From assembly GCF_001652585.1 (NCBI RefSeq), contig NZ_LWLG01000004.1, positions 60,001-92,000 on the forward strand: a stretch of DNA of 32,000 nt, read 5' to 3'. Positions within the stretch are counted from its first letter, which is position 1; each line of letters starts with the position of its first letter. This DNA is from Thermosulfurimonas dismutans. GTDB taxonomy: Bacteria > Desulfobacterota > Thermodesulfobacteria > Thermodesulfobacteriales > Thermodesulfobacteriaceae. Below are positions 19,265-26,669 of this stretch, piece after piece. Below the pieces are notes generated by a model. It did not search any database and was not told where the DNA came from. It worked only from the letters and a program-made list of their open reading frames with translations. Both the position numbers and the translations under genes were made by a program.

Positions 19265-20490
19265 TTTTCCTCCTCGGGAGGAATATCCAAACCGAAGGCC
19301 TCATGCAAGGCCCTGACCGCAAGTTCGGTATATTTTTCCTCGATCACACAGGAAACCTTGATCTCAGAGGTGGAGATCATCATGATGTTAACTCCGTGCT
19401 TGGCCAGGGTCTCAAACATCTTGGAGGCCACGCCGGAGTGAGTCCGCATCCCTGCCCCCACAATGGAGACCTTGGCGATGTTCTCGTCTCCCTCAACCCG
19501 CTCGGCCCCTATTTCCCGGGCCACTTCTTCGATAATCTTCAAGGCCTCACGCAGATTGGTCCTGGGTACGGTAAAGGTAAGGTCAGCCTTACCGTCTGTT
19601 CTTGCGGTCTGGATGATCATGTCCACCAGAATGCCTCGCTCGGCAATAGGACTAAAAATCTTGGCTGCCACCCCCGGCACATCCGGTACCCCGTAAAGAC
19701 TGATACGGGCCTCGTTTCGATTGTAGGTTACCCCTGATACCAGGACCTTTTCCATATCTTCATCCTCCTCGGTAATAATGGTTCCCGGAGCCTCCGAAAA
19801 GGTAGAACGTACATGGATGGGAACCTTATAAACCATGGCAAATTCTACCGCCCGAATCTCAAGGACCTTGGCCCCGGCGCTGGCCAACTCTAGCATCTCC
19901 TCATAAGAAAGCTTGGGAATCTTACGAGCCTTAGCCACGATACGGGGGTCGGCAGTGTAAACCCCCTCCACATCCGTAAAAATCTCACAGAGATCGGCTT
20001 TGAGGGCCGCTGCCAGAGCTACGGCCGTGGTGTCCGAACCTCCACGTCCCAGGGTGGTAATGTCTCCGTTTTCCGTCACCCCCTGGAAGCCAGCCACCAC
20101 CGCGACCTTCCCTTGAGAGAGGATCGCCTTCAACCGTTCGGTCTTAATGTCCTGGATGCGAGCCCGGGTAAAAAGTTCATTGGTTAAGATAGGGATCTGA
20201 TACCCCAGAAGGGCCTCCGCAGGATAACCCATAGTCTGGAGAGTAATGGCTAAAAGGGAAGCCGTAACCTGTTCCCCGGTAGAGACTAACATATCGAGCT
20301 CCCGGGGCGAGGGCTCCGGCGTGATCTCGTGGGCCAGAGAAAGTAACCGGTCGGTCTCTCCGGCCATAGCCGAGACCACTACCACTAAATCATGCCCCTC
20401 ATCCCGATAGCGGGCCACCCTGCGGGCCACATTCCTGATCTTTTCAAGATCCGCTACCGAAGTCCCTCCGTATTTTTGTACGATGAGCAT
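19261..20490 (-). CDS. lysC: Aspartate kinase
   Basis: Has [13 protein letters not shown] and C-terminal tandem ACT-like regions. Start placed at ATG 20490 (GGGAGAGGAA upstream, clear of the J-domain gene stop); ATG 20508 is an alternative. ATGA overlap with the cimA start. Confidence 0.9.
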   Translation of the reverse strand: MLIVQKYGGTSVADLEKIRNVARRVARYRDEGHDLVVVVSAMAGETDRLLSLAHEITPEPSPRELDMLVSTGEQVTASLLAITLQTMGYPAEALLGYQIPILTNELFTRARIQDIKTERLKAILSQGKVAVVAGFQGVTENGDITTLGRGGSDTTAVALAAALKADLCEIFTDVEGVYTADPRIVAKARKIPKLSYEEMLELASAGAKVLEIRAVEFAMVYKVPIHVRSTFSEAPGTIITEEDEDMEKVLVSGVTYNRNEARISLYGVPDVPGVAAKIFSPIAERGILVDMIIQTARTDGKADLTFTVPRTNLREALKIIEEVAREIGAERVEGDENIAKVSIVGAGMRTHSGVASKMFETLAKHGVNIMMISTSEIKVSCVIEEKYTELAVRALHEAFGLDIPPEEEK

Positions 20491-20500
20491 TTCCTCTCCC

Positions 20501-20809
20501 TCACTCATTTTTAGACCCTCTTTTTCCTGCCCAAACAGGGTCCTCTCCGAAATGTATGACCCACCATTCCTCAGCACTCGCCCCCCGGTCGTTGGGGGTC
20601 AGTTCTATACGATAGTGTTCACAATATTCCATCAAAAGGTTATAGGCCTCGTTCAGGGCCTTCATCTTTTCAGGATCTCCGCCCCGGTCGGGATGAAAAC
20701 TTGCGGCCAATCGGCGGTAGGCCTCCCGTATCTCGGCCCGGGAGGTCTCCCGGGGGAGCTTGAGAAGTCTTCTGGCGGCCTCAAGTTTCTCCCACTTGTT
20801 AGGTGTCAT
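20501..20809 (-). CDS. Small J-domain (DnaJ-like) protein
   Basis: Start set at ATG 20809. [17 protein letters not shown] contains the HPD motif. 102 aa. Confidence 0.7.
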   Translation of the reverse strand: MTPNKWEKLEAARRLLKLPRETSRAEIREAYRRLAASFHPDRGGDPEKMKALNEAYNLLMEYCEHYRIELTPNDRGASAEEWWVIHFGEDPVWAGKRGSKNE

Positions 20810-20852
20810 AGTGCGATTTACAGTAATCTTTTTTAAGGAAGTCGGCAAGAAG

Positions 20853-22163
20853 ATGAAGCTTTCTGGAAGGCGCATAGCAGTCATAACTCTGGGTTGCAAG
20901 GTCAACCAGGTGGAAGGGGCCTTCCTGCGGGAAACCCTGGAGGCCCAGGGGGGTATTTTGGTCTCTTTCAGGGAGCGAGCCGACCTTTACGTCCTCAACA
21001 CCTGTGCGGTCACCGCCAAAGCCGCCTATGAAGGCCGAAAGCTCTTGCGACGGGCCCTAGAAGCCTCACCGGAACTAGTAGTGGTTACCGGTTGCTATGC
21101 CCAGACCTTTCCGGAAGAGATCCTCAAGGCCGGGAAAGGCCCCGTAACGGTTCTAGGTCATGCCGAAAAGTTTAGATTGGTCGAAATCCTACTTGCGGAA
21201 ACCCCAAGCACTCTTGCCGGCGAAATCCTGGTTTCCCTGGTAGAAGAACTAAAAAAGGCTGCCTCAGCCCCCATCAAGAGTTTCCCCGGCCACAGTCGGG
21301 CCTTCTTGAGGATCCAGGATGGTTGCAGCGCCCGTTGTGCTTATTGCATTGTGCCCCTGGCCCGCGGTCCGGCCCGGAGTCTTCCCGAGGAGGAAATATT
21401 AAAGCAGGCCAAGGCCTTCGTTGAGGCTGGCTATCGTGAGATTGTAGTAACCGGCATCCATCTTGGGGCTTGGGGCAGAGATCTCTCCCCTCCGCAGTCC
21501 CTCACAAGCCTGCTCCGGAAACTTGAAAGTCTGGGAGATTTCAGGCTCAGGCTATCCTCCCTCGAGGTCACCGAAATCACCGATGAACTTCTTTCCTGGG
21601 CCCGCGAATCTGAAAAATTTTGCCCCCATTTCCACGTACCTCTTCAGAGCGGATCCAACCAGGTACTTGCAGCCATGGGACGAAACTATTCCGGGGAACT
21701 ATACCTTGAGACCCTGAGAAAAATTCGACAAAGCTTTCCGGAGGCCGCCCTAGGAGCGGATGTGTTGGTCGGTTTCCCTGGAGAAACCGAAGAAGATTTT
21801 TCCAGAACTTATAAACTAATAGCCGAAAGTCCTCTCACCTATCTACACGTCTTCCCCTATTCCCCAAGACCTGGAACCAGGGCTTATGGTAGACCTTTGG
21901 TCCCCTCGGAAGAAGTCTCCCGCCGAACCAAACTCCTGCGAGAACTAGCGGTCAGAAAAAAAAGGACCTTCTTCCAGGCCCAATTAGGCCGAATACTAGA
22001 GGTTCTGGTAGAAGGGATAGACGAGGAGACCAGGCTTCTTAAAGGTCTTTCTCAAAATTACGTCCCGGTCCTCTTTGAGGGTCCCGAAGACCTGAAGGGT
22101 AAGATTGTAAGAGTTAAGGTCGTCGGGGTGAAGGGTTTTCAGATCTATGGGGAAAGGCTTTAA
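20853..22163 (+). CDS. mtaB: MiaB-like tRNA methylthiotransferase, probably MtaB (ms2t6A)
   Basis: Start set at ATG 20853 (MKLSGRRIAVITLGCKVNQVE). Radical-SAM CSARCAYC and a C-terminal TRAM-like domain. Confidence 0.75.
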   Translation: MKLSGRRIAVITLGCKVNQVEGAFLRETLEAQGGILVSFRERADLYVLNTCAVTAKAAYEGRKLLRRALEASPELVVVTGCYAQTFPEEILKAGKGPVTVLGHAEKFRLVEILLAETPSTLAGEILVSLVEELKKAASAPIKSFPGHSRAFLRIQDGCSARCAYCIVPLARGPARSLPEEEILKQAKAFVEAGYREIVVTGIHLGAWGRDLSPPQSLTSLLRKLESLGDFRLRLSSLEVTEITDELLSWARESEKFCPHFHVPLQSGSNQVLAAMGRNYSGELYLETLRKIRQSFPEAALGADVLVGFPGETEEDFSRTYKLIAESPLTYLHVFPYSPRPGTRAYGRPLVPSEEVSRRTKLLRELAVRKKRTFFQAQLGRILEVLVEGIDEETRLLKGLSQNYVPVLFEGPEDLKGKIVRVKVVGVKGFQIYGERL

Positions 22164-22662
22164 AAGCGAGATAGAGGTAGTGCAGCCCTGAGGCTACGGT
22201 AAAAAAAGCCGTAAGGGAAAAAAAAGGGTTCAGGAACCTGTTAGAAATCCCGGCCAGGACGAGCGCAGCGGTGATCACCTGAAAAGTAGTGTTTATCTTG
22301 CTCAAAAGGGTGGGTCTTACCTCTGGAGGAACCACAAAGAGATAAAGGATTAGAAAACCACTCACGATGAGGACATCTCGGCTCACTACCAGCACGGCCA
22401 AAGAGGCGGGAAGATAACCCTTCCAGGCACACAGTATATAAATGGTATCCAGCAAAAACTTGTCGGCCAAGGGATCAAGGATAGCCCCCAGAAGCGATTT
22501 CTGCTTGAGAACTCGCGCCAAAAAGCCGTCCAGGGCATCCGAAGTCCCTGCCGCCAAGAAAAGAACGAAAGCCTCCGTCCTTCGGCCAGAAAGAAGGGCA
22601 ATTACGATAACAGGAATTAGCAACAGTCGAAATACCGTAACCAGGTTGGCCCAAGTAAGCAT
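22114..22662 (-). CDS. pgsA: CDP-diacylglycerol--glycerol-3-phosphate 3-phosphatidyltransferase (CDP-alcohol phosphatidyltransferase family)
   Basis: DALDGFLARVLKQKSLLGAILDPLADK matches the D(x)2DG(x)2AR...G(x)3D(x)3D motif. Multi-pass hydrophobic protein. Its 3' end overlaps mtaB by 50 nt (convergent). Confidence 0.85.
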   Translation of the reverse strand: MLTWANLVTVFRLLLIPVIVIALLSGRRTEAFVLFLAAGTSDALDGFLARVLKQKSLLGAILDPLADKFLLDTIYILCAWKGYLPASLAVLVVSRDVLIVSGFLILYLFVVPPEVRPTLLSKINTTFQVITAALVLAGISNRFLNPFFSLTAFFTVASGLHYLYLAFKAFPHRSENPSPRRP

Positions 22663-22717
22663 ACAATGCGAAGGATACTAGGAAATCTGAGGGCTCGAAA
22701 GGAGTTTTTTAATCAAG

Positions 22718-22791
22718 CGCCCCCGGGAGGACTCGAACCTCCGACTCCGGGATTAGGAATCCCGTGCTCTATCCGCCTGAGCTACGGGGGC
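22718..22791 (-). tRNA. tRNA-Arg (anticodon CCU)
   Basis: The reverse complement folds as a 74-nt cloverleaf: acceptor GCCCCCG/CGGGGGC, D stem GCTC/GAGC, anticodon stem CGGGA/TCCCG with loop TTCCTAA, T arm GGAGG-TTCGAGT-CCTCC, discriminator G. CCA is not encoded. Confidence 0.9.
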
Positions 22792-23167
22792 AAAGTGCCG
22801 AAATTGTTATTCTGTAGGAATCTTACCAGGATCAGCCCCTGGCTTCAAGAGCGTTCAAATCGGGTCAAAACAGACCAATTGCAATCAATTTTGCTTGCAG
22901 TTTGCTTGCACCCGTTAGCATGCTCATGGAGAGTTTTCAAAAGTGCCTTTATCACGCCCAATTCTTTTAAATGCTGGCAACCGACTTTAGCCACCGATAT
23001 CCTGCCGAAAACGATTTCGAAAGCCCTAAATTTAGGACTAATCACTGAAAATACTTAGGACTAATTGCGTTACAGCACTGTTTCACTCCGTTGTACAGGA
23101 TAAGTTAGTCTTTGAGGTTCCAGTTATCTTTCTCGTCACGCTACTTCACGACAGAGCCAACATTAAG

Positions 23168-24223
23168 CTAAAATCTATCAAATTTTTCCTGACCTTTAAG
23201 ATTATCAATTAAAAACTCTTTAAATTCTTTTTCAAATAAATTGAATGTTGTTTTTTTGAGCTCGGATAGATCTATAACATCATTTTCTTCAGAAATTAAT
23301 TTACTATAAATGCTTTTAACTATCTTTTCGTTTATTGTGTCTAAAAATCGGAAAGCAGAGGTTGCAAGATAAATTTGATTAATTTCAAAGGCAATCCATT
23401 TGCGACCTAATTTTTCTGCCGTTGCTCCAGTAGTATTTGAACCAGCAAAAATGTCTAAAACCACATCTCCTGGGTCGGTCAAAAACTTTATAAAAAATTC
23501 AGGGAGCTTTTGCGGAAATCTTGCAGGATGAGGTTTTACACCTACTATTTTACAACACCTTAAATATTGCGAATTACTTTCAGTATTTGGTATCTCAAGT
23601 AGGTTAGAAGGGATTGCTCCTCCCTTATTTTCAGAAAAGCGTTTACTTATGTTGTGTCCGGAAGGCCTTTTTTTGGGAGAATAATATTTTTCACTATTCT
23701 GAAGAAGAATTTTCATTCTTTCAGAATAAGGAACTAGTACTTTAGTAACATTTGCTTTGGGAAAATCGGATTTTGATAACCACCATATAGTATTAACAGC
23801 ATCTTTAACACGAATTTTGCGTTTGTTGACCCATTCTATAGGAGATGGAAGTTTAGATGGATTATACCAAAAAAATTCTTCTGCTAAATTCCATCCCTGT
23901 TCATCGCAAAGTCTTATAAGAAGTCTATAGTTATAAAGTGAACGTACAGGTCTCCCTTTAAGATAAACTCCTCCGAGGTCAAGTACAAAACTACCTGTTT
24001 TTTTTAATACTCTCTTTACTTCAATGGTAAAATTTAAAAGCCAATCTATATATTCATTTTGATCTACATTGCCGTAATCTTTTTGACGTTGTAATGGAAA
24101 TGGAGGTGAAGTTATTACAAGATCTATCGATTCTTCTGGTAGGAATTTAAGTAAACTCAAAGCATCTCCTACATAAGCTTCCCCTAAACGCGTTTTATAC
24201 AACAATTTGAACGAAGATTTCAT
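23168..24223 (-). CDS. Beta-class DNA methyltransferase (N4-cytosine/N6-adenine family; SPPF motif favours m4C)
   Basis: Start set at ATG 24223, in an ATGA overlap with the stop of the upstream gene (GGAG 6 nt upstream). Motif IV is DLVITSPPF near the N-terminus and motif I is DIFAGSNTTGATA near the C-terminus (order IV then I, i.e. beta class). Confidence 0.85.
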   Translation of the reverse strand: MKSSFKLLYKTRLGEAYVGDALSLLKFLPEESIDLVITSPPFPLQRQKDYGNVDQNEYIDWLLNFTIEVKRVLKKTGSFVLDLGGVYLKGRPVRSLYNYRLLIRLCDEQGWNLAEEFFWYNPSKLPSPIEWVNKRKIRVKDAVNTIWWLSKSDFPKANVTKVLVPYSERMKILLQNSEKYYSPKKRPSGHNISKRFSENKGGAIPSNLLEIPNTESNSQYLRCCKIVGVKPHPARFPQKLPEFFIKFLTDPGDVVLDIFAGSNTTGATAEKLGRKWIAFEINQIYLATSAFRFLDTINEKIVKSIYSKLISEENDVIDLSELKKTTFNLFEKEFKEFLIDNLKGQEKFDRF

Positions 24224-25689
24224 AAATTCTCCTCTAATCTCCAAATCCAGCTTGACATTATTTTCCAAAATACAGTCACAGCAAAATATACCTCTTTATC
24301 TTTCATCTTAATTTGTTCCATTCCATTGATATATCTCTGGGGATCCTGCATACCAATAATATAAGCAACCCATTTCCGAGCTTCTTCATCAGTCAAAAGA
24401 TCTAACATTTCTTCGAGTCTAAATTTTCCTGTCTGGCTTAATGCCCATGCTATTCCTGCTCTTTCTAATTCATTACTTTCTGAAAATTTTTTTATTATTT
24501 CAAAAGTAAATTGTCGAGCAAGTTTACTTAAAGCCCTAGCAGCTTCAATTTGTATATTTTTTTCAGTGGCATTAAAAGCTTCAATGAGTGCATCTATAGC
24601 TCTTTTGTTGCTCAGTTCTCCAAGAGCCCAAGCCGCTCCAGCACGTATTTCTGCATCTTGCTTCTTATCTAAAAGAATTTCTATTAACATTTGGCAAGAA
24701 GCATCATTATTAATTTCTCCTAATATTATCACAGCTTCTAATCTGCATTCTAAAGAATCATTTGTTAAGCATTGTTTAATAAATTCATATCCAATATCAT
24801 TTCCTTGTCGAAATAGACTTGCGGCTGCTTCAAGTTTTATAAGGAAATGTTCATATTGATCTTTAAGTTTCTTAACAAGAAGATCAGTAATCTCGGAAGA
24901 ATGAAAAAAAGCAAGGGCTTTTATAGCAGCATATTTATTAGTTAATAATGAACTAGAGAGCCACTTTATAAAATCTTCTTCTGAAAATAGCCTCTCACAT
25001 GGCAAAGTTGAGGTTACAGGAACTACAGAAGCTATGATCTGATTTTTAGTAATCTTTTCACCTTCTTTGACCAAAGGCTTCAATCTTTTGTTTTGCTTCC
25101 AAAGTTTTAAAGGTATAATTCTTCCGTTACTTTCTTTTCGATATTTCAACCGATCAGACTCAATTGATATAACAGTCCCGGCTGCCGAAGCAATACTTGC
25201 CGGCCATTGTATTCTCATCTCAAAACCTTCTTCTGCTCCTTTTGGTTGGGTTAAAATGGTAAGATTGTTTTGGTGGGCTAATCGTAAATCTCTAACAGAC
25301 ACATATTGAATAGGACCGTCTATTTCCCAAGATAATGGATTATTTCCTATTTGTTTGCATGCAACAAATGCAACAAAATCGTCATCTTTTAAGCCATAAT
25401 CCCATTTCCGATTTTGATTAGATTCAGAATGAGACATAGAAATTTCAAGTTTACTTTTTGCTCTACATTCAATACATCTTCCGCATTTTATACAAAGCAA
25501 ATCAGGAACTCTAATGCGTTTAATTTTTATCTTTTTCCAAATTTTAAAGCTCATTGATCCTCGTTCTAATTCAATAGGCTTATGTTCTAACTTTTTTAAA
25601 TGATCAAAGATAGCTATGGTTCCTGTTGCGCCAAGAGAAATTTTTTTTAAAAAACTCTCATCAGATTTAAATGCCTTTCTATTCGCCAT
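24220..25689 (-). CDS. 489-aa fusion protein: N-terminal PD-(D/E)xK-like nuclease signature with a CX2CX2CX2C cluster, a central barrel-like segment, and C-terminal HEAT/PBS-lyase-like repeats
   Basis: VPD63LLCIKCGRCIE74CR76AKSK resembles the PD...ExK strand pair (xPDLIxxKxGxxxxIEVK) with K replaced by R. GTVISIE...LVKEGEKITKNQIIASV resembles a lipoyl/hybrid-barrel motif. Repeats: ECRLEAVIILGEINNDASCQMLIEILLD, EIRAGAAWALGELSNKRAIDALIEAF, IQIEAARALSKLARQ, ELERAGIAWALSQTGK. AAGGAG lies 9 nt upstream of ATG 25689. Confidence 0.65.
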   Translation of the reverse strand: MANRKAFKSDESFLKKISLGATGTIAIFDHLKKLEHKPIELERGSMSFKIWKKIKIKRIRVPDLLCIKCGRCIECRAKSKLEISMSHSESNQNRKWDYGLKDDDFVAFVACKQIGNNPLSWEIDGPIQYVSVRDLRLAHQNNLTILTQPKGAEEGFEMRIQWPASIASAAGTVISIESDRLKYRKESNGRIIPLKLWKQNKRLKPLVKEGEKITKNQIIASVVPVTSTLPCERLFSEEDFIKWLSSSLLTNKYAAIKALAFFHSSEITDLLVKKLKDQYEHFLIKLEAAASLFRQGNDIGYEFIKQCLTNDSLECRLEAVIILGEINNDASCQMLIEILLDKKQDAEIRAGAAWALGELSNKRAIDALIEAFNATEKNIQIEAARALSKLARQFTFEIIKKFSESNELERAGIAWALSQTGKFRLEEMLDLLTDEEARKWVAYIIGMQDPQRYINGMEQIKMKDKEVYFAVTVFWKIMSSWIWRLEENL

Positions 25690-25737
25690 CTTATGATACT
25701 CCTTTTTTAGTACGCATTCTCAATAAGATGCGAGTTT

Positions 25738-26373
25738 TTAGTACTTCTTGATCTTCTGGCACACCACGCCCACGATTTCGTGCTCGTCGGTCAATTCGAT
25801 TTCCGGGTATTTTGGATTCAGGGGGCGGAGGATCCGCTTGTCGCCGTAAACCTTGAGTTGCCTCAGCACGGCCTCGCCCCTGCCGTTGCACGCCACCACG
25901 TAGCTCCCGGAGATGGGCCTGCGGGTGGGGTCCACCACAATGATGTCCTCCTCCGTGAACTCGGGCTCCATGGAGTCGTCGTTGACTCTCAGGGCGAAGG
26001 CTCGCGGGCTCGCAGGGATCACCTCCACCCAGTCCCAGTGCTCCTCAGAGGCGCGGTCGGCCACCTTGAGGCCGTGGGAAGAGAGCTCTGTAGCTCCCCA
26101 GGTTTTGATCCAGCTCCAGGGGACCACCGGCACCTTCTCAACCCTCCTCACCTCAAGCCCCGCGGCCTCGGCAACCTCCTCAAAGGGCACCCCGAGGCCC
26201 AGGGCCAGCTTCTTCAGCGTTTCCACCTTGGGCTTTCGCTCGCCACGCTCAAGGAGCCGGATGTACTTCTCCGAGAGCCCGCTCCGCTTCGCGAGCTGGT
26301 TTATGGAGAGCCCCGCCTCCTCCCGCTTCCTGCGCACCCATTCGCCGAAGCTCACAGCCACACCTCCTGACAT
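25738..26373 (-). CDS. CI/LexA-like repressor: N-terminal XRE-type HTH plus C-terminal S24 autopeptidase domain
   Basis: HTH: LSINQLAKRSGLSEKYIRLLERGERKP. S24: ALRVNDDSMEPEF (catalytic Ser) and VLRQLK (Lys). An alternative start is GTG 26355, preceded by AGGAGG at 7 nt. Confidence 0.85.
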   Translation of the reverse strand: MSGGVAVSFGEWVRRKREEAGLSINQLAKRSGLSEKYIRLLERGERKPKVETLKKLALGLGVPFEEVAEAAGLEVRRVEKVPVVPWSWIKTWGATELSSHGLKVADRASEEHWDWVEVIPASPRAFALRVNDDSMEPEFTEEDIIVVDPTRRPISGSYVVACNGRGEAVLRQLKVYGDKRILRPLNPKYPEIELTDEHEIVGVVCQKIKKY

Positions 26374-26397
26374 TTGTCCTATCCAAAAACTTTTCTC

Positions 26398-26426
26398 TTG
26401 ACAATTTCGGACTTTTGTCCGATAAT
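26398..26426 (+). promoter_or_regulatory. Near-consensus sigma-70 promoter of the Cro-like gene; probably gives a leaderless mRNA
   Basis: TTGACA (26398-26403), a 17-nt spacer, then GATAAT (26421-26426). The A of ATG 26433 is 7 nt after the -10 hexamer and no SD sequence intervenes. Confidence 0.6.
26406..26421. promoter_or_regulatory. Operator candidate O-a: TTCGGACTTTTGTCCG (inverted arms CGGAC/GTCCG) inside the promoter spacer
   Basis: The exact 16-mer recurs at 26639-26654. The inverted repeat sits between the -35 and -10 hexamers. Confidence 0.55.
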
Positions 26427-26432
26427 AAAACC

Positions 26433-26669
26433 ATGTCCACCGTTCACTTTAATCCGGAGGTCCTGAGGAGGCTAAGGGAGGAGATGGGGCTCACCCGCGC
26501 CGAGCTTGAGGCCAGAAGCGGCGTGGACCGGGACACCATCTACGCCTGGGAGAGTGGCCGAAGGACGCCCTCGGCCCGGAGGCTGGCCCAGGTCGCCCAG
26601 GCCCTCGGCGCAAGGCTCGACGATTTTTTTGGCCCGTGTTCGGACTTTTGTCCGCAAAAAGATGGCTAG
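26433..26669 (+). CDS. Cro-like XRE-family HTH protein
   Basis: 78 aa from ATG 26433. HTH: LTRAELEARSGVDRDTIYAWESGRRTP. Divergent from the CI-like gene. Confidence 0.75.
   Translation: MSTVHFNPEVLRRLREEMGLTRAELEARSGVDRDTIYAWESGRRTPSARRLAQVAQALGARLDDFFGPCSDFCPQKDG
26639..26654. promoter_or_regulatory. Operator candidate O-b: second exact copy of TTCGGACTTTTGTCCG, 8 nt upstream of the replication gene start
   Basis: Identical 16-mer to 26406-26421. It lies within the 3' end of the cro-like gene. Confidence 0.5.

Larger units (their letters stand above)
22800..25737. other. AT-rich block (sampled lines about one-third GC) between the core chromosome and the GC-rich phage-like element; carries the MTase/HEAT-protein pair
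   Basis: Composition changes abruptly near 25,737, at the stop codon of the repressor gene, and more gradually right of the tRNA. Only two genes lie in the block, both on the minus strand. Confidence 0.7.

Noticed and set aside
22114-22163. 50-nt convergent overlap of the mtaB and pgsA 3' ends as a regulatory feature
   Set aside because: Both tails are unconserved-looking extensions that run to the first available stop. No hairpin or other signal is present. It is probably incidental in a compact genome.
22718-22791. tRNA-Arg as the integration (att) site of the island
   Set aside because: The foreign DNA is on the tRNA 5' side, there is no adjacent integrase, and I could not find a repeat of the tRNA 3' segment anywhere in the window. 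This is kept only as an open question in the findings.
22666-23058. 130-aa + ORF covering the tRNA region
   Set aside because: It reads straight through the antisense of tRNA-Arg, and its sequence is low-information with no RBS. It is not a gene.
25780-26401. 196-aa and 162-aa + ORFs overlapping the repressor gene
   Set aside because: They are antisense to a gene with clear HTH and S24 motifs. Long spurious ORFs are expected in high-GC DNA, and these have no motifs.
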